Part shown: positions 1 to 12,927 of the stretch, piece by piece | How positions within the stretch are numbered: position 1 is the first letter of the stretch | How the letters are laid out: each line of letters opens with the position of its first letter | Source: Narcine bancroftii | Taxonomy: Eukaryota | Direction: 5' to 3' | Length of the DNA: 64,000 bases | Assembly (NCBI RefSeq): GCF_036971445.1 | Contig: NC_091471.1 | Location: 362,700,001 to 362,764,000 of the forward strand | Program-made: the position numbers and the translations under genes | The notes under the pieces: model-generated | Databases searched by the model: none | Told to the model about the DNA's origin: nothing | Seen by the model: the letters and a program-made list of their open reading frames with translations, nothing else

Positions 1-899
1 GTCACCTTTTCAGCAGGTCTTGCACGCATTCGTTCGTGGGTAACGTTCTGTTGTTTTATGGGCTAAAGGTATTCAATCATATTAACATTTTCAAATGCCC
101 CCATCACTTTCTCTCCTGTGCCCGCCGATTTGCAGTGATGAGCAAAGAGGAATAGAATTTTTAAAGGTCCGGATACTCTCCAGGAATCCACTAAAAGATG
201 CATCGGTTCCCCGTTTTATTTGGCTCTTGACAGCGAATCTGCACAATTTAGAGCACCAAATTGCGAGTGGAATTAAAAGAGAGTTCTCCCATTCTACATG
301 ATGCGGCCGCATCACGTTGGTGCCTTCAGTCACACTTTGACGAACGAGATACCCTTTCGCCAGAAACTTCAGTGCAAACGCGAGGGATCCTGGATTAAGG
401 TTCCTTAAACCGAACATTGGTCACTGAAGCTTTCGTCTCGGTGACTTCAACGTCTTCGCTCATTATTCCTACTGTCCCGCTGTAGCTCCCCTCCAATCGC
501 AATGAATGATACGCGTCCATCGGGAAACAACTGCAGAGAGCTGGAATCTCGAGCAACCTGCTGGAGGAGAAGTTCTTCAAAGTTGGCAGTGGAGTTAGGG
601 AGCTGGCGTCCCTCTGCTCTGGCCGATTTGTTGCACTGGTCGTCATGATCTTAAATGCGAATATCCACCCTTTCCCCGCAAATGGATTAATTTCCCCCAT
701 CTGTCTATTTATTAATTAATCTAAATATTTAATAGAATTCTCGTGTATCCCGCGCAGAGCTCAGGAACGAAATAATCCAGAACGCAAGCTTGGTTTATCG
801 TAAAGAGTGGTTTTTTTTTCTAAATCTCCCACGGCCTAACAAAAACAGGTCAAACTTTAATGCATTTGAGATTGTTTTTCAGATTTATTTATGAGGTAC

Positions 900-1212
900 T
901 AAGTGGTTTTCGAACTACCCTCCTGAACTCGCATTCCATTTTAAGTAATCCCTATGCCACAGTCGGGGATTGTGTGAGTGGGAGGGAAACAAAGAGATTG
1001 AGAACCTAGCTCCAATTGTTTCTGGAATATTTTACTTGAGAAAAATTGTCATTGACCCCCTTTCCTTTGGAGTTATGAAACCCTGCATATAAAGAGCCAG
1101 TGAGGTACAATTAAAACAGTGGGGTTTTTCAGACGTTTTCTTCCCTCCCACAGACCACCTTTAAGCAATCACTTACTAATCACAGAGCACCTATGGCAGA
1201 GGGGAACCACAA
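900..1212. mobile_element. Degenerate hAT-like MITE, same family as 13246-13537
   Basis: Shares ttaagtaatccctatgcca, ttttacttgag..aattgtcattg, tttcctttggagttatgaaa and cttactaatcac blocks with the second copy; eroded agtggtt...aaccac ends. Confidence 0.6.
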
Positions 1213-3420
1213 TGGGAAATTGAAAAATGGCACATTGAGTTTCTGAGATTTAAACTAACAGTGCAATGCTGGAGAAACTTAGAGGGTCAAACCATGTACT
1301 TTGTACATGAAAGAGAACCAACGTTTCAGGCTTGAGTCCTTCATCAAGGTAGGAAGTTATCTTGATATAATTATTCATGGAATTATATACTTTAGTGTAA
1401 ATTTACAAGAAACCAAATTCCAAGTTAGAAAACCCCGTGGCATGGAAATAAATACAAACACATGATTGCCTGCACAACTCATGTAATGCTGGGTATAGTA
1501 ACAAATTAATAACATTATTAATCCTTAGAATGTCGTTTTTTTTGGCTTGGTGATAGTCTATAAGCATCTCACACATGTCCTCTAGGAAGCCTTCCCAAAA
1601 TCTTTTCATTTCTTTGGAGTGAAACACGAAATTCTGCAGTCACTGTGAATGTAGTAAAAACAGGCAGAAATGCCTGAGGAACTCAGCCGGTTTTAGCCTT
1701 CCTATTTTTTGCCTATTCCTCGAAGAAGGGCCAAAAACATTAGTAATATATATTTTCCTCCCAGGCATGCTGTGAGACCTGCTGTTCCTCCAGCATTTTT
1801 GTATGTTTTTACTTTTAATTTCTTCACCTGCCCACTTGCTTTCAAAAGCCTCCTCAAGCTCAATTCTCAATGTGATTTATGATTACCACTCTTTTTGCTA
1901 ACAGATTATTGCATCCTTTGGTGAAATGCAGAGTCAGGGATCTATAGCATAGAAACCGGTCCTGTGGACCAACTAATCAAATTAGTCTATTTGTTTGTGT
2001 TTTGCATATATTACTCCAGAATCTTTTATCTTCATGTACTTGTCGAAATATCATTTGAACATTAGAATTATTTATGTATCCACCATGGCTTCTGGTCATA
2101 TTCGTGAAAATTTTCTGGACTTTTTCCAGCTTATTTATATCTTTGTTTTAGCTGGGTGTCTTAAACTGTGTACCATACACCAAGGGCCATTTCACTAATG
2201 TCTTGTATAGTTGTGTAATGCAGTAGAAATATAGTTCTTAAACTCAGATTGTGTAATCCTTTTGGAGTGGCAATGGTGTGTTTGTTTTGGTTAATGTGCT
2301 CTCATATGCACACAAGCAAGAGCTTTGGGCACTTATTCAAATACAGAATGGCCCTTCCTGTACGTTTAATTTGTTCCATATAACTTTTCTTGGTGAGGAT
2401 CACTGCATGATGCCTTATGATGGTTATGTTGGATTTGAAAATCTCTCAGTTCTCTTAATGTCACTTTTTTTTAAAAAAAAGCAATTTGAAGACCTATTGT
2501 TGAAGTTTAGATTGCAAAGAATCCCAAACCAGAAAGAAAATGTCCAAAATTATGGAAAAAAAATGTTTCTAGGTACCCGGCTTAGATAAATGAATTCTTT
2601 TTTCGTAAATATCTGTACTTACGCAACATCTACAATTGTAAATTATAAGAGAAATTACTGGTGTAACAAGTCATCACTTGCATGGAAGATTGCTGGGTGA
2701 TCCTCATAGTTGGACTACTCCCACAATTTACTGATTTTTAAAGAGCACAAAGTAAGTGTTGCTGTTTTAAATAACATGTTTTAAAATGAACTTCCTGGTT
2801 CTACTTCATATAAATCTTAGCACACTATACTTGCCATATCTTAGGTCCAGAGCAGTCTTGTGGATATTTGCTCATTCTTATTACAATGTAATTTTCCTAT
2901 AGTGGTTGCATGTCTTGGTACTTGCTTTAAGTTGTTGCTTTAGTCTACAATGTTATTTGGGTGTACTCGGTGGCCTGCTAACTTCTTCTCACGCTGTGAA
3001 GAAGTAGGTGGTGCATTAAAAGTGTTATCATTTGGGAACAGTATTGTAAATGTAAGTATTTTCATGTATTTGTTTTGCATAAAGATGTCTATTTTTCTTG
3101 TGTTAATATAGTGAAAGTGGAATGGTTCTACACCCTCTACAATTTTCAATATCTTCTAAAGTTTTTGAATACTTTATTAATAGGAATCAAATGTTTATTG
3201 TCATAGAAAATCTGTCCTCTTACATTATAACTCCCACCTGCATCCCCCATAAACATAACCATAAAAGGAATTGAAAAATGGAATATCCAAATCATTTTTT
3301 GTCATCGTTTCATGGCTCTATTCTTCTCACCTTGTGTAATACTTCAGTGGTTACATCTTTGTTAATGTTTTTCTCCATTAGTACAGTATCTATTGATAGC
3401 TATCAATTAGTTCATACCCA

Positions 3421-3492
3421 GGGGCAGCATGGTTAGTATAGTATAGCAATGTGATTACATCACCAGCAAACTGGGTTTGAATCAGGTGCTGT
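3421..3492 (+). mobile_element. tRNA-derived SINE head fragment
   Basis: ggggcagcatggttag...ctgggtttgaatc, resembling A and B boxes; similar to the SINE near 56500. Confidence 0.5.
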
Positions 3493-3524
3493 TTTTATTT
3501 ATATATCCCACCTAGCCTACTCTA

Positions 3525-3569
3525 TTTTTTTTTCTTCTTTGGCTTGGCTTCGCGGACGAAGATTTATGG
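3525..3569 (-). mobile_element. Ultra-short 3' end of the RTE element
   Basis: tctttggcttggcttcgcggacgaagatttatgg is identical to 4226-4259. Confidence 0.8.
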
Positions 3570-3570
3570 G

Positions 3571-3990
3571 AAAAAAAAACATATAAGCAGCTAATGCTGA
3601 ATCAAAAAACAAAGTTAAGCATATCAAATGAAAAGAAGACATAAAAAGTCGCCATATATCCTCAAATTTCACTAATGAATCAAATACATGATATCTTTTT
3701 TCTAAACTTAAAAAGGATATAATGTAAGAGAACAATTGAAACACTATTGGAGGTCTAGAGTCTTTCCATTTGAATAAGATGGCTCTTCTAGCCAACAATG
3801 TAGAGAAGGCTTCAACCCATTGTGTAGGTACAGAAAAGCTCACTACGTCTGGTTCAATAACCCCAAAAAGAGCAGCTATTGGATGGGTAGTAGCTCCACC
3901 TGAAATAGTTGAAAAATTATTAAAAATTTCTTTCCAATAGATTTCTAAGGATGGACAAGTCCAAAAGATCTCCAAGATTTCCATTGCCAT
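3571..3990 (-). mobile_element. L1-clade LINE ORF2 C-terminal fragment
   Basis: IFWTCPSLEIYW...ALFG...LLARRAILFKWK...LSLEK...KFEDIW, typical of the fish L1 ORF2 C-terminus. Confidence 0.75.
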
Positions 3991-4214
3991 TTGATGCTTC
4001 AGAACCTATTGTGAAATCAGTTTTCTTGCCTGTCATTTTCATTCTGAATTCCGTATTTCAACGGTTAGATTAAAATACTTTTAGATATTTATATTGACTA
4101 TATGATTATTAAATGTTTAATTTTCTGCATAGAGACTCATATTTTCCTGGTCTCATATGTAATCTCTCATAAATTGTCAGAATGGTTCCCTCTGGTTCAT
4201 CTTTATAATATTAA

Positions 4215-5176
4215 TTCTTTCTTTTTCTTTGGCTTGGCTTCGCGGACGAAGATTTATGGAGGGGGTAAAAAGTCCACGTCAGCTGCAGGCTCGTTTGTGG
4301 CTGACCAGTCCGATGCGGGACAGGCAGACACGATTGCAGCGGTTGCAAGGGAAAATTGGTTGGTTGGGGTTGGGTGTTGGGTTTTTCCTCCTTTGCCTTT
4401 TGTCAGTGAGGTGGGCTCTGCGGTCTTCTTCAAAGGAGGCTGCTGCCCGCCAAACTGTGAGGCGCCAAGATGCACGGTTTGAGGCGTTATCAGCCCACTG
4501 GCGGTGGTCAATGTGGCAGGCACCAAGAGATTTCTTTAGGCAGTCCTTGTACCTTTTCTTTGGTGCACCTCTGTCACGGTGGCCAGTGGAGAGCTCGCCA
4601 TATAATACGATCTTGGGAAGGCGATGATCCTCCATTCTGGAGACGTGACCCATCCAGCGCAGCTGGATCTTCAGCAGCGTGGACTCGATGCTGTCGACCT
4701 CTGCCATCTCGAGTACCTCGACGTTAGGGGTGTGAGCGCTCCAATGGATGTTGAGAATGGAGCGGAGACAACGCTGGTGGAAGCGTTCTAGGAGCCGTAG
4801 GTGGTGCCGGTAGAGGACCCATGATTCGGAGCCGAACAGGAGTGTGGGTATGACAACGGCTCTGTATACGCTTATCTTTGTGAGGTTTTTCAGTTGGTTG
4901 TTTTTCCAGACTCTTTTGTGTAGTCTTCCAAAGGCGCTATTTGCCTTGGCGAGTCTGTTGTCTATCTCATTGTCGATCCTTGCATCTGATGAAATGGTGC
5001 AGCCGAGATAGGTAAACTGGTTGACCGTTTTGAGTTTTGTGTGCCCGATGGAGATGTGGGGGGGCTGGTAGTCATGGTGGGGAGCTGGCTGATGGAGGAC
5101 CTCAGTTTTCTTCAGGCTGACTTCCAGGCCAAACATTTTGGCAGTTTCCGCAAAGCAGGACGTCAAGCGCTGAAGA
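4215..5176 (-). mobile_element. 5'-truncated RTE-clade LINE with an uninterrupted 295-codon C-terminal ORF (4279-5166)
   Basis: KKTEVL, FTYLGCTIS, RLAKANSAFGRL, LRWMGHVSRM..RLPK, terminal CNRC...HKRAC motif; short 3' UTR with (GAAA)-like tail. Confidence 0.9.
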
Positions 5177-5539
5177 TGCAGAAATTAAATGCAATTTTTT
5201 TTTTATTCTTTAGCAGGATGAATATCAGGCTTATTCTTGACACTCAAAACTGGAAACCTTGGTTTAACTGAAATTATTGTCTTTTAACAAAATTCTCCTT
5301 TGGATTTCAGTCCAAAATTAACATGTAATTGGGCATTTTGCAGATTATCACGATGCTTTCTTGCTACATTGTGGTAACAAGTGTTAGCCTACTGATAATG
5401 AATGCTGCAATCTGTTGGATATGGAGGCTTGTTGGCTAATTAAAATCAAGACCAACCAAGTGATCGCTTAAATTCCATGTAGGATTTGGTGCAATAATTA
5501 TTATGGATGTGAGTTAATGCTCACTGTCTCATTCAACTA

Positions 5540-5923
5540 CAGATGCTCCTCTACTTCTAATGGTCTGACTTAAGATTTTTTTGAAGTACGATGGTACGAT
5601 AGTGAAGTGCATTCAGTAGAATCCGTACTTTGAATTTAGATCTGTTCCCGTGCATGCAATTATGGGGCCTGATACTCTCTCGTGATTCTGGGCATTGGCA
5701 GCGAGCTGCGGCATCCACTCAAACTGACTCTGTTACTTTACCATCCCTAGCATCCAGTGTGCTTTCAGCTGTGTATTGCTAATGGTGAATACCCATGCAA
5801 TTTAACACTTGTTATCAATCGACAGCAGCGCCACCAAAACCAGGGACTGTATAGCACCTATTTTTTTCCCACTTACGATGGGTTTGTCAGATTGTAACCC
5901 CGTCGTAAGTAGAGGAGCGTCTG
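5540..5923. mobile_element. Tigger/pogo-type MITE
   Basis: TIRs CAGATGCTCCTCTACTT / AAGTAGAGGAGCGTCTG with TA on both sides. Confidence 0.85.
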
Positions 5924-7474
5924 TATGTTTACTGACTGGTAATAGTAATATAATCAAACAAAATCTAAATTCAGTTTTCATGGTCTGTTTTTATAAGCCT
6001 TGCTATTAGTTATTTCATTGCACATTATAGTGAGAAAAACAGAATTTCTTCTCACAGCGTACCACATTGCACAATGTGTATCAAACTGTTTCAATACAAG
6101 AGTATGTCAAATTCCGTCTAATGTGGAGATGCCTTAAGATCCAAATTTTAACTCGCACTGTGAATCATGTGAGGAGTGTTTTGAAGTTTTTACTTTGAAG
6201 TTTCATTTTCAAATAAACAGCCAAGTGTGAACAATCTGCAGCTTCACTCCCAAAGTTTATTTAAAGCAGTGATGCTTCTCTTGAAGCAAGGCTGCATTTC
6301 TTGAATGGCTTTGTGAATGAGCATCTCTCGAACTGTTTTTTTTTTCTCGCCCCTGCATACATGAATTGTAAGAACGTTACCCTCTTTTCTGATATCTCCT
6401 TCAAAATACTAGCGAAGCAAGCAAAAGCAACAAGGGAGCAATTGTTCTCCATAAGCAATATTAGCTTTCAACAGAAAGTGGCCTGACTAAAGATGGCTGA
6501 AAGAGTCAACCCCCTGGCCATGACTCAATGACCCCAGAAGACCAACAAAGCTAAGGAGAGCTCCAAAGGATTTGCAACACAGAAACAGGTCATTCAGTCC
6601 AAGTCTTCTGTCATGGCATTTATGATCCCATCATTCCTCATCCAAATCTATGTAACCATCTATTCTATTGGATATTATTTGTTTGTCTAGACTCCTCTAC
6701 AGTCCAATGTACTATTCATTTAACCACTCCTGTGGTGGCAAGCTTCACATTCTCAACCACCAAGAAATCCAACACAACTATTTTATATTTATAGCCTTTT
6801 TACATTATACAGCTCCCCTCAAGTATAAAAATTGCCTCTTTCATCACATTTTCAAAACCCTTTCATAATTTTAACAACCTTCATTAGCCCATTCCTCCTT
6901 CTTTCCCCTCAATCCCACACTGACATTATTTTCTCAAGAGAAAATATTGACCAGCGAGCTAAACACAAGTAAAATGGATCCATAAAATATATACAAGAAA
7001 TACAAAAGAGAATGAATTCCATTGCATTTCAAGTTTTGCGTACAAGATTTGATATTTATACTTTTTCTCTATCAACATGTTATTTACATTTAACAAGTTG
7101 TTCAAGAATTGAAGCTGTATTTGTATAGTTCAGTCTGAGTGGGATCAGGATACCATAAGCTTAATATTTTTGTATAACAAATGCGATAAGGAACTGTAAT
7201 ACATTTCCACATTGTAATAGTATTGGTCACCAAAGGCAACTTGTTGAGATTAAAATTAGAGCCATTTACAGTGATGAATCTGGAATGCAGATTTATTTCC
7301 ATTCAAATGATTTGTAAGTTGTCCAAAAAAAAACCTGCATTTGACTTTTACAGCCAACAGATGGAAGCTTCATCCTTTGAGTTTGGATCAATTTAAACCC
7401 ATATTTTAGCAGTGAAACTAACAACTCACCCACCTCCCATGTCCTCGGCAAACTTATTTCTGTGTCACACTTAG

Positions 7475-7580
7475 AACCATATAACCATATACAGAGCGGA
7501 AACAGGCCATGTCGTCCTTTCAAGTCCGCACCGGTTCACTAGAACAACTCCACTAGCTCAAACCTCCCGCTCACTGCCAC
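7475..7580 (-). mobile_element. CR1-type 3' end with (ACCATATA)n tail; a similar copy lies at about 17892-18025
   Basis: accatataaccatatacag...aaacaggcc pattern at both sites. Confidence 0.6.
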
Positions 7581-8300
7581 GTGATGTTCAGGTTGAAATT
7601 TTTTGATGCATTGATAAACATATCCAGATCTCGGTTTTGCTTTTTCCTTAGAACATAACAAACTATTTAGTCCATTAAACCACTCTTTCTTTCAATACGC
7701 ACATGGTCATCTTCAACCTTCTTTCTGCTCCTTCACAATATATCTTGCTTCCTTTAGCATCAATGGATGTAATTGATATCCAGAGTAAGGTGATGACTGC
7801 ATCTTCGGTTAAAAAAATTCCAAAGCTTCACAATCCTTTGAATTGCTAGGATGCCCTAAACAGTAACCCCACCATCACCAGGAGTGAGTGTTACTGGTTC
7901 CCTGGTCTTGAGCCATCAATCAACTAATCCAGTCACGTGAGTTCCCTCAGGACCAAGGACATTGTAAATACTATAAATAGTTTTCTAATTGTAAATAAAA
8001 GGGTTCTTTCTTTGGATTTGGGAAAACACTGGTATCTGTTGTTTCTCTCTGGGTCTAATGAGGTGAAAGCTTTTATTCCATGCAACGTGTATACAGCGCA
8101 AACATTCGGCACATTTACAACATGAATAAAGATATTTTTCTTTTTGGTTATAAGGGGAGGGGTATCCTTTATTCTGAGATGATGACCCTTTGTTGTATCT
8201 GTCAATCTGGAGGAACTTTCACCCAACTTTCATCCAGTCAATTCCCTTAAAAAAAAATTAACTGTTTCCATAATAAAATTATCATGTGATAAAGGAGTTA

Positions 8301-9151
8301 GATGGAGGTGGGCAGATGGAGGTGGGCAGATGGAGGTGGGCAGATGGAGGTGGGCAGATGGAGGTGGGCAGATGGAGGTGGGCAGATGGAGGTGGGCAGA
8401 TGGAGGTGGGCAGATGGAGGTGGGCAGATGGAGGTGGGCAGATGGAGGTGGGCAGATGGAGGTGGGCAGATGGAGGTGGGCAGATGGAGGTGGGCAGATG
8501 GAGGTGGGCAGATGGAGGTGGGCAGATGGAGGTGGGCAGATGGAGGTGGGCAGATGGAGGTGGGCAGATGGAGGTGGGCAGATGGAGGTGGGCAGATGGA
8601 GGTGGGCAGATGGAGGTGGGCAGATGGAGGTGGGCAGATGGAGGTGGGCAGATGGAGGTGGGCAGATGGAGGTGGGCAGATGGAGGTGGGCAGATGGAGG
8701 TGGGCAGATGGAGGTGGGCAGATGGAGGTGGGCAGATGGAGGTGGGCAGATGGAGGTGGGCAGATGGAGGTGGGCAGATGGAGGTGGGCAGATGGAGGTG
8801 GGCAGATGGAGGTGGGCAGATGGAGGTGGGCAGATGGAGGTGGGCAGATGGAGGTGGGCAGATGGAGGTGGGCAGATGGAGGTGGGCAGATGGAGGTGGG
8901 CAGATGGAGGTGGGCAGATGGAGGTGGGCAGATGGAGGTGGGCAGATGGAGGTGGGCAGATGGAGGTGGGCAGATGGAGGTGGGCAGATGGAGGTGGGCA
9001 GATGGAGGTGGGCAGATGGAGGTGGGCAGATGGAGGTGGGCAGATGGAGGTGGGCAGATGGAGGTGGGCAGATGGAGGTGGGCAGATGGAGGTGGGCAGA
9101 TGGAGGTGGGCAGATGGAGGTGGGCAGATGGAGGTGGGCAGATGGAGGTGG
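8301..9151. repeat. Minisatellite, 14-bp unit GATGGAGGTGGGCA, 60 full copies plus a partial
   Basis: Perfect tandem array read directly. Confidence 0.99.
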
Positions 9152-9154
9152 ACA

Positions 9155-9615
9155 AAATTAGTTTATTGTCATCTAATTGCACAAGTACAACCTGATGAAA
9201 GAACATTCTCTGGTCCTTGGTGCAAAACAAGCAGATGCACAACCAGACATAGCACACATATAGACAAACAATACATATACAAGATATGTATTTAATCTAT
9301 GCAAATAAATAGAATGTGTTTCATGAATATGAGAGTCTCAGATGGTTAGTGTGAGCAGTTCCTTTGGTCGTTCAGCATTCTCACTGCCTGTGGGAAGAAA
9401 CTCTTCCTCAGACTGGAGGTGCTGGCTCTGGTACTCCTGTATCTCTTCCTCGATGGGAGCAGCTGAAAGATGATGTTAGCAAAGTGAAAGGGGTCCTCAA
9501 TGATTTTGCACGCCCTCTTCAGTCAGTGATCCTAGTAGATCATGTCAATTGCGGGTGATGGAGACTCCAGTGATCCTCTCTGCTGCTCTTCTGGTCCTGT
9601 GGATTGCCTGCCCTC
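9155..9615 (-). mobile_element. LINE 3' fragment (CR1/L2 group); related fragments at about 18900-19230 and 56160-57170
   Basis: tttattgtcat 3' terminus followed by conserved blocks shared among the three sites. Confidence 0.55.
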
Positions 9616-10289
9616 CCATGACAGAAAATAATGTTTGAATAAAATTTGTAACTTGGTTCAAATCAATCATCGTGTATTTCTGATACCCAAATCCCTGTAT
9701 ATTGATGGATTCCTGATTTGCCATCTCAACAGATATCCCAAATTTCAAAATCCCTTTCCAGGGATATAGTACAAGAGCTGACAATTCCACTGCTTCACTT
9801 CTGCCTCTGCTACTGTCTGTAATAATTTGCCCACATGGAGAATCTAAAGGTAAGTTTGTGCATGTATGTGAAACATTTAAATTTTGGAACATAACAATTT
9901 CCTTAATACGAAAGAAAAGGTTTTCTTTCCACATTGCTAATATTTTCTTTGTTTTCAAATGTGCATAAAAAGACATAAAAAGAGAGCAAAACAAATCAAG
10001 CCACAACTATGTAATGATTTTTCAGTGTTTCCCACGTTGATAACTATTCACTTACATGTCATATAATAATCCAGTAATGGAAAGTATAGCTATTTGACTG
10101 GGAGATAAAGTCCCGCTTGTGCTGGTAGATATATTGACCCTGAGGTAGAACACATTGTAAGCATTCTATGTTGCTAATCAAAGTATTTCATGGCTTTTGA
10201 CATTAACTGTACTGTCCATGGATAAATTACAAAAAAATTACATAGTTGCTGAATGTGTGAGGTGATGACAAAATAGACTGAAACATGAG

Positions 10290-11220
10290 GTGGAGATATA
10301 GAACTGTCTTTGGGCCTGAGCCCTTCTTTGAGGTGTGAGCAAAAAAGCAGGTGGGCACCTGAATAAAAAGGGCGGGGGAGAAGAGAGGAAAGGGCAAGGG
10401 GTGGGGAGGGGAAGCACAGGCCAACAAACAAAAGGTAATAATTGAATATGGATAGGAAGACAGGAGAGGAAAGATGAGAATTGATTGAGGGAGGGATCAA
10501 TTGGTGAATGTAGTTGGAGAAAAGGAGAAATAATAACAGGGTGGGTCTGATAAGATGTTAATGCCACCCTGTTGGAGGGTGCCCAAATATAAATAATAGG
10601 TGCTTTTCCTCCCTTCAATTTGCAGGTAGTCTCAGTCTGGCAGACTTGTTGGCAGGGAAATGAAATGGGTTGCTACTGGGAGATATCTATTACTACTGCA
10701 GCAGACAGAATGAAGGTGCTAAGTGAAGAGGTCTCCCAGTCTACGTCCAGTCTCTCTGATGTGGAGGAGACCACAATGGGAGCACTGGTTGCAGTAGATA
10801 ACCCTATGCAGATTCACAAGTGAAGTTTTGCTTACCTGGGGTCGTGAATGGTGGTGAGGGAGAAGGCATGGGGAAAGTGGAGCACTTGCGGTGGTCACAG
10901 GCATAGGTGGCAAAACAGTGATTGGTGGGAAAGAAGGAGAAGATGAGGGAGTCACAGAGGGAGCGGTCCCTGTGGAAGGCAGAGGGAAGGGGAAGATGTG
11001 TCTGGTAGTGGGATCATGTAATAGGTGGTGGAAATGGTGGAAGCTAGTGGAGTGACAGATGAAGACAAGGGGATGACCTCATCCTGAGATCAGATGTGAT
11101 GGAGACGGTGGAACTGTGAGAAAGGAATGGAACCCTTACAGAGGACAAGGTGTGAAGAGGCCATTATGGGTGAATGAGGCAGCACCAAAGTGGTCATTAG
11201 TGAAGTGGAGGGTCAGTTGA
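10290..11220 (-). mobile_element. Penelope-like element fragment (GIY-YIG endonuclease and terminal repeat)
   Basis: VIYCNQCSHCGLLHIRETGRRLGDLF in ORF 10719-10955; KEGLRPK terminal motif. Confidence 0.75.
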
Positions 11221-11279
11221 GTGGTCTTACTGGATAGAAAATGCACCCTAATCAGATTGTTAAAAATTTTAGAGAAATA

Positions 11280-12927
11280 CTATATATTTCTGCGTATAAG
11301 TTGACCAGCGTATGTCAACCCCCATTTTTATGGTTTTTATATCCTGCATACATTGACCCCAACTTTTGGGCTGCTTGAGTTGGCCTGCTGACTGGCATAC
11401 AAGTCAGCCCCCAAAGATCACAATGTCTGAGGTGGGGTGGGCCATTGACCGACGCATACATCGACTTCCAAAGATGGCACAGATTGATCTGCTGGGGATT
11501 GACTGGAAGTAATTCTATCATGGAGGGTCCATTGACACAACGCAACTCGCGACAAAAGTATGAAGTAAGTTTTAAGTTGAAAGTGATAGAAATGGCCAAG
11601 AAAATCAACCATTGGGCTGCTGCGAGAAAATTGGATATGCCTGAGAAGTTGGTTAGAGATTGGAAGAAGAAGAGACTTTAAGAAAAATACAAAAAAAGGC
11701 GATGTTTGTTGTGAAAAGGAATCACTTGTTGGCCAGAGTTGGAAAATAATGTTGTAGAATGGGTTCGTGAACAGAGGCAGGATTGCTACATCATCTCCTG
11801 AAATAAAATAAGAACATTTGCACTGCAGAGGTCAAAGTTGCACCCAGACCTCAGTAAAGATTTTGAGGCTGGTGAAACTGTTTCATGAACAGGAAAATTC
11901 TAGTATTTAAAAAAAAACAAAAAAAATTCTCAGAAACTACCAAAAGCTAATAAAGTTGTATGTTTTCACGTTTATTATACGTAACCTGCAGAAACGTGTT
12001 TGCATTGGCAAATATTGGAAAAGTGGATGAAGCCCCCATGAATTTTGACATGATAGGCAATAGAACAGTGGAATGGAAAGGTGTTTAAAATTGTGCAAAC
12101 CAGAGGTGTAGGCCATGGAAGGACCAGGTTTACCGTGGTATTATCGTATATATGAACGGGACGAAGTTCAAACACAAAATTAAACCGAAAATAAAATTCC
12201 CTGTGGGTATTTTTGTACATTTTTATGGAAAAGGATGGATCGATGAAAATGGTGTCAAACTATGGATAGACGATGTGTGAAACAGGTGGCCAGAAGGTTT
12301 ACTCAAAGACTGGAGTTTGCTGGTCTGGGATATGTTTTGTAGCCACTTAACTGAGAAGACTAAAAGTAGATTAGCACTACATAATACTTACATGCCTGTT
12401 ATCCTAGGTTTGGTCTACATTTCAACCTCTCGATGTCTGCTTGAACAAGACCATGTGTGGGAGGAATGGAATACATGGACGTCGAGTGCAGAAAAGTAGT
12501 TTACAAAAAGTGGGGAAATAAATGCGTGCTGCATCACTTGATATGCTGTGTAACTTCATGCTCAAGGCAGAGGACAAAATTAGAGACCGAGATAAAATCT
12601 TATGCAGTTGATAGCACAAAAGATGATTTATTGTGGGGCACTGATGTTGAAGCTGAAACTGCCCCACCAGATACAGTCTGGGACCCATATGATGACTGTT
12701 TAAACAGTGAGAGTTTGGATGTGCTTGTCTCTATCTTTGCTTTAATGATGTTGGCAAGAGTGATTTTTAAAGGGTTCTAATTGTTGTTTTCAATGAAAAT
12801 CTGTTGCAGTCGGGTTTTTTCTGGTCGATGTATACGTCTAATCTGATTTTCATGAGTCGACTTGTATGCTGAATTGGCGTGGATTGGATTTTGAGCTGAA
12901 TTCGAAGTCTCAAAAGTATATCCGGCT
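11280..12927 (+). mobile_element. Degenerate pogo-family transposon (POGK/Brinker-type DNA-binding domain plus DDD transposase remnants)
   Basis: KYEVSFKLKVIEMAKK..WAAARKLDMPEKLVRDWKK; WPELENNVVEWV; VDEAPMNFDM; LLVWDMFCSHLT; QPLDVCLNK; subterminal gcgtataagttgac / gtcgacttgtatgc; multiple frameshifts. Confidence 0.85.

Noticed and set aside
91-700. Two ORFs of about 100 aa on minus as a possible neighbouring gene
   Set aside because: No recognisable domain or splice-supported exon
2200-3060. Strong donor-like GTAAGT sites near 2752 and 3052
   Set aside because: No convincing paired acceptor or reading frame; such motifs are expected by chance
8286-9295. ORFs of about 300 aa in several frames
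   Set aside because: Translation of the stop-free 14-bp repeat; no coding signal
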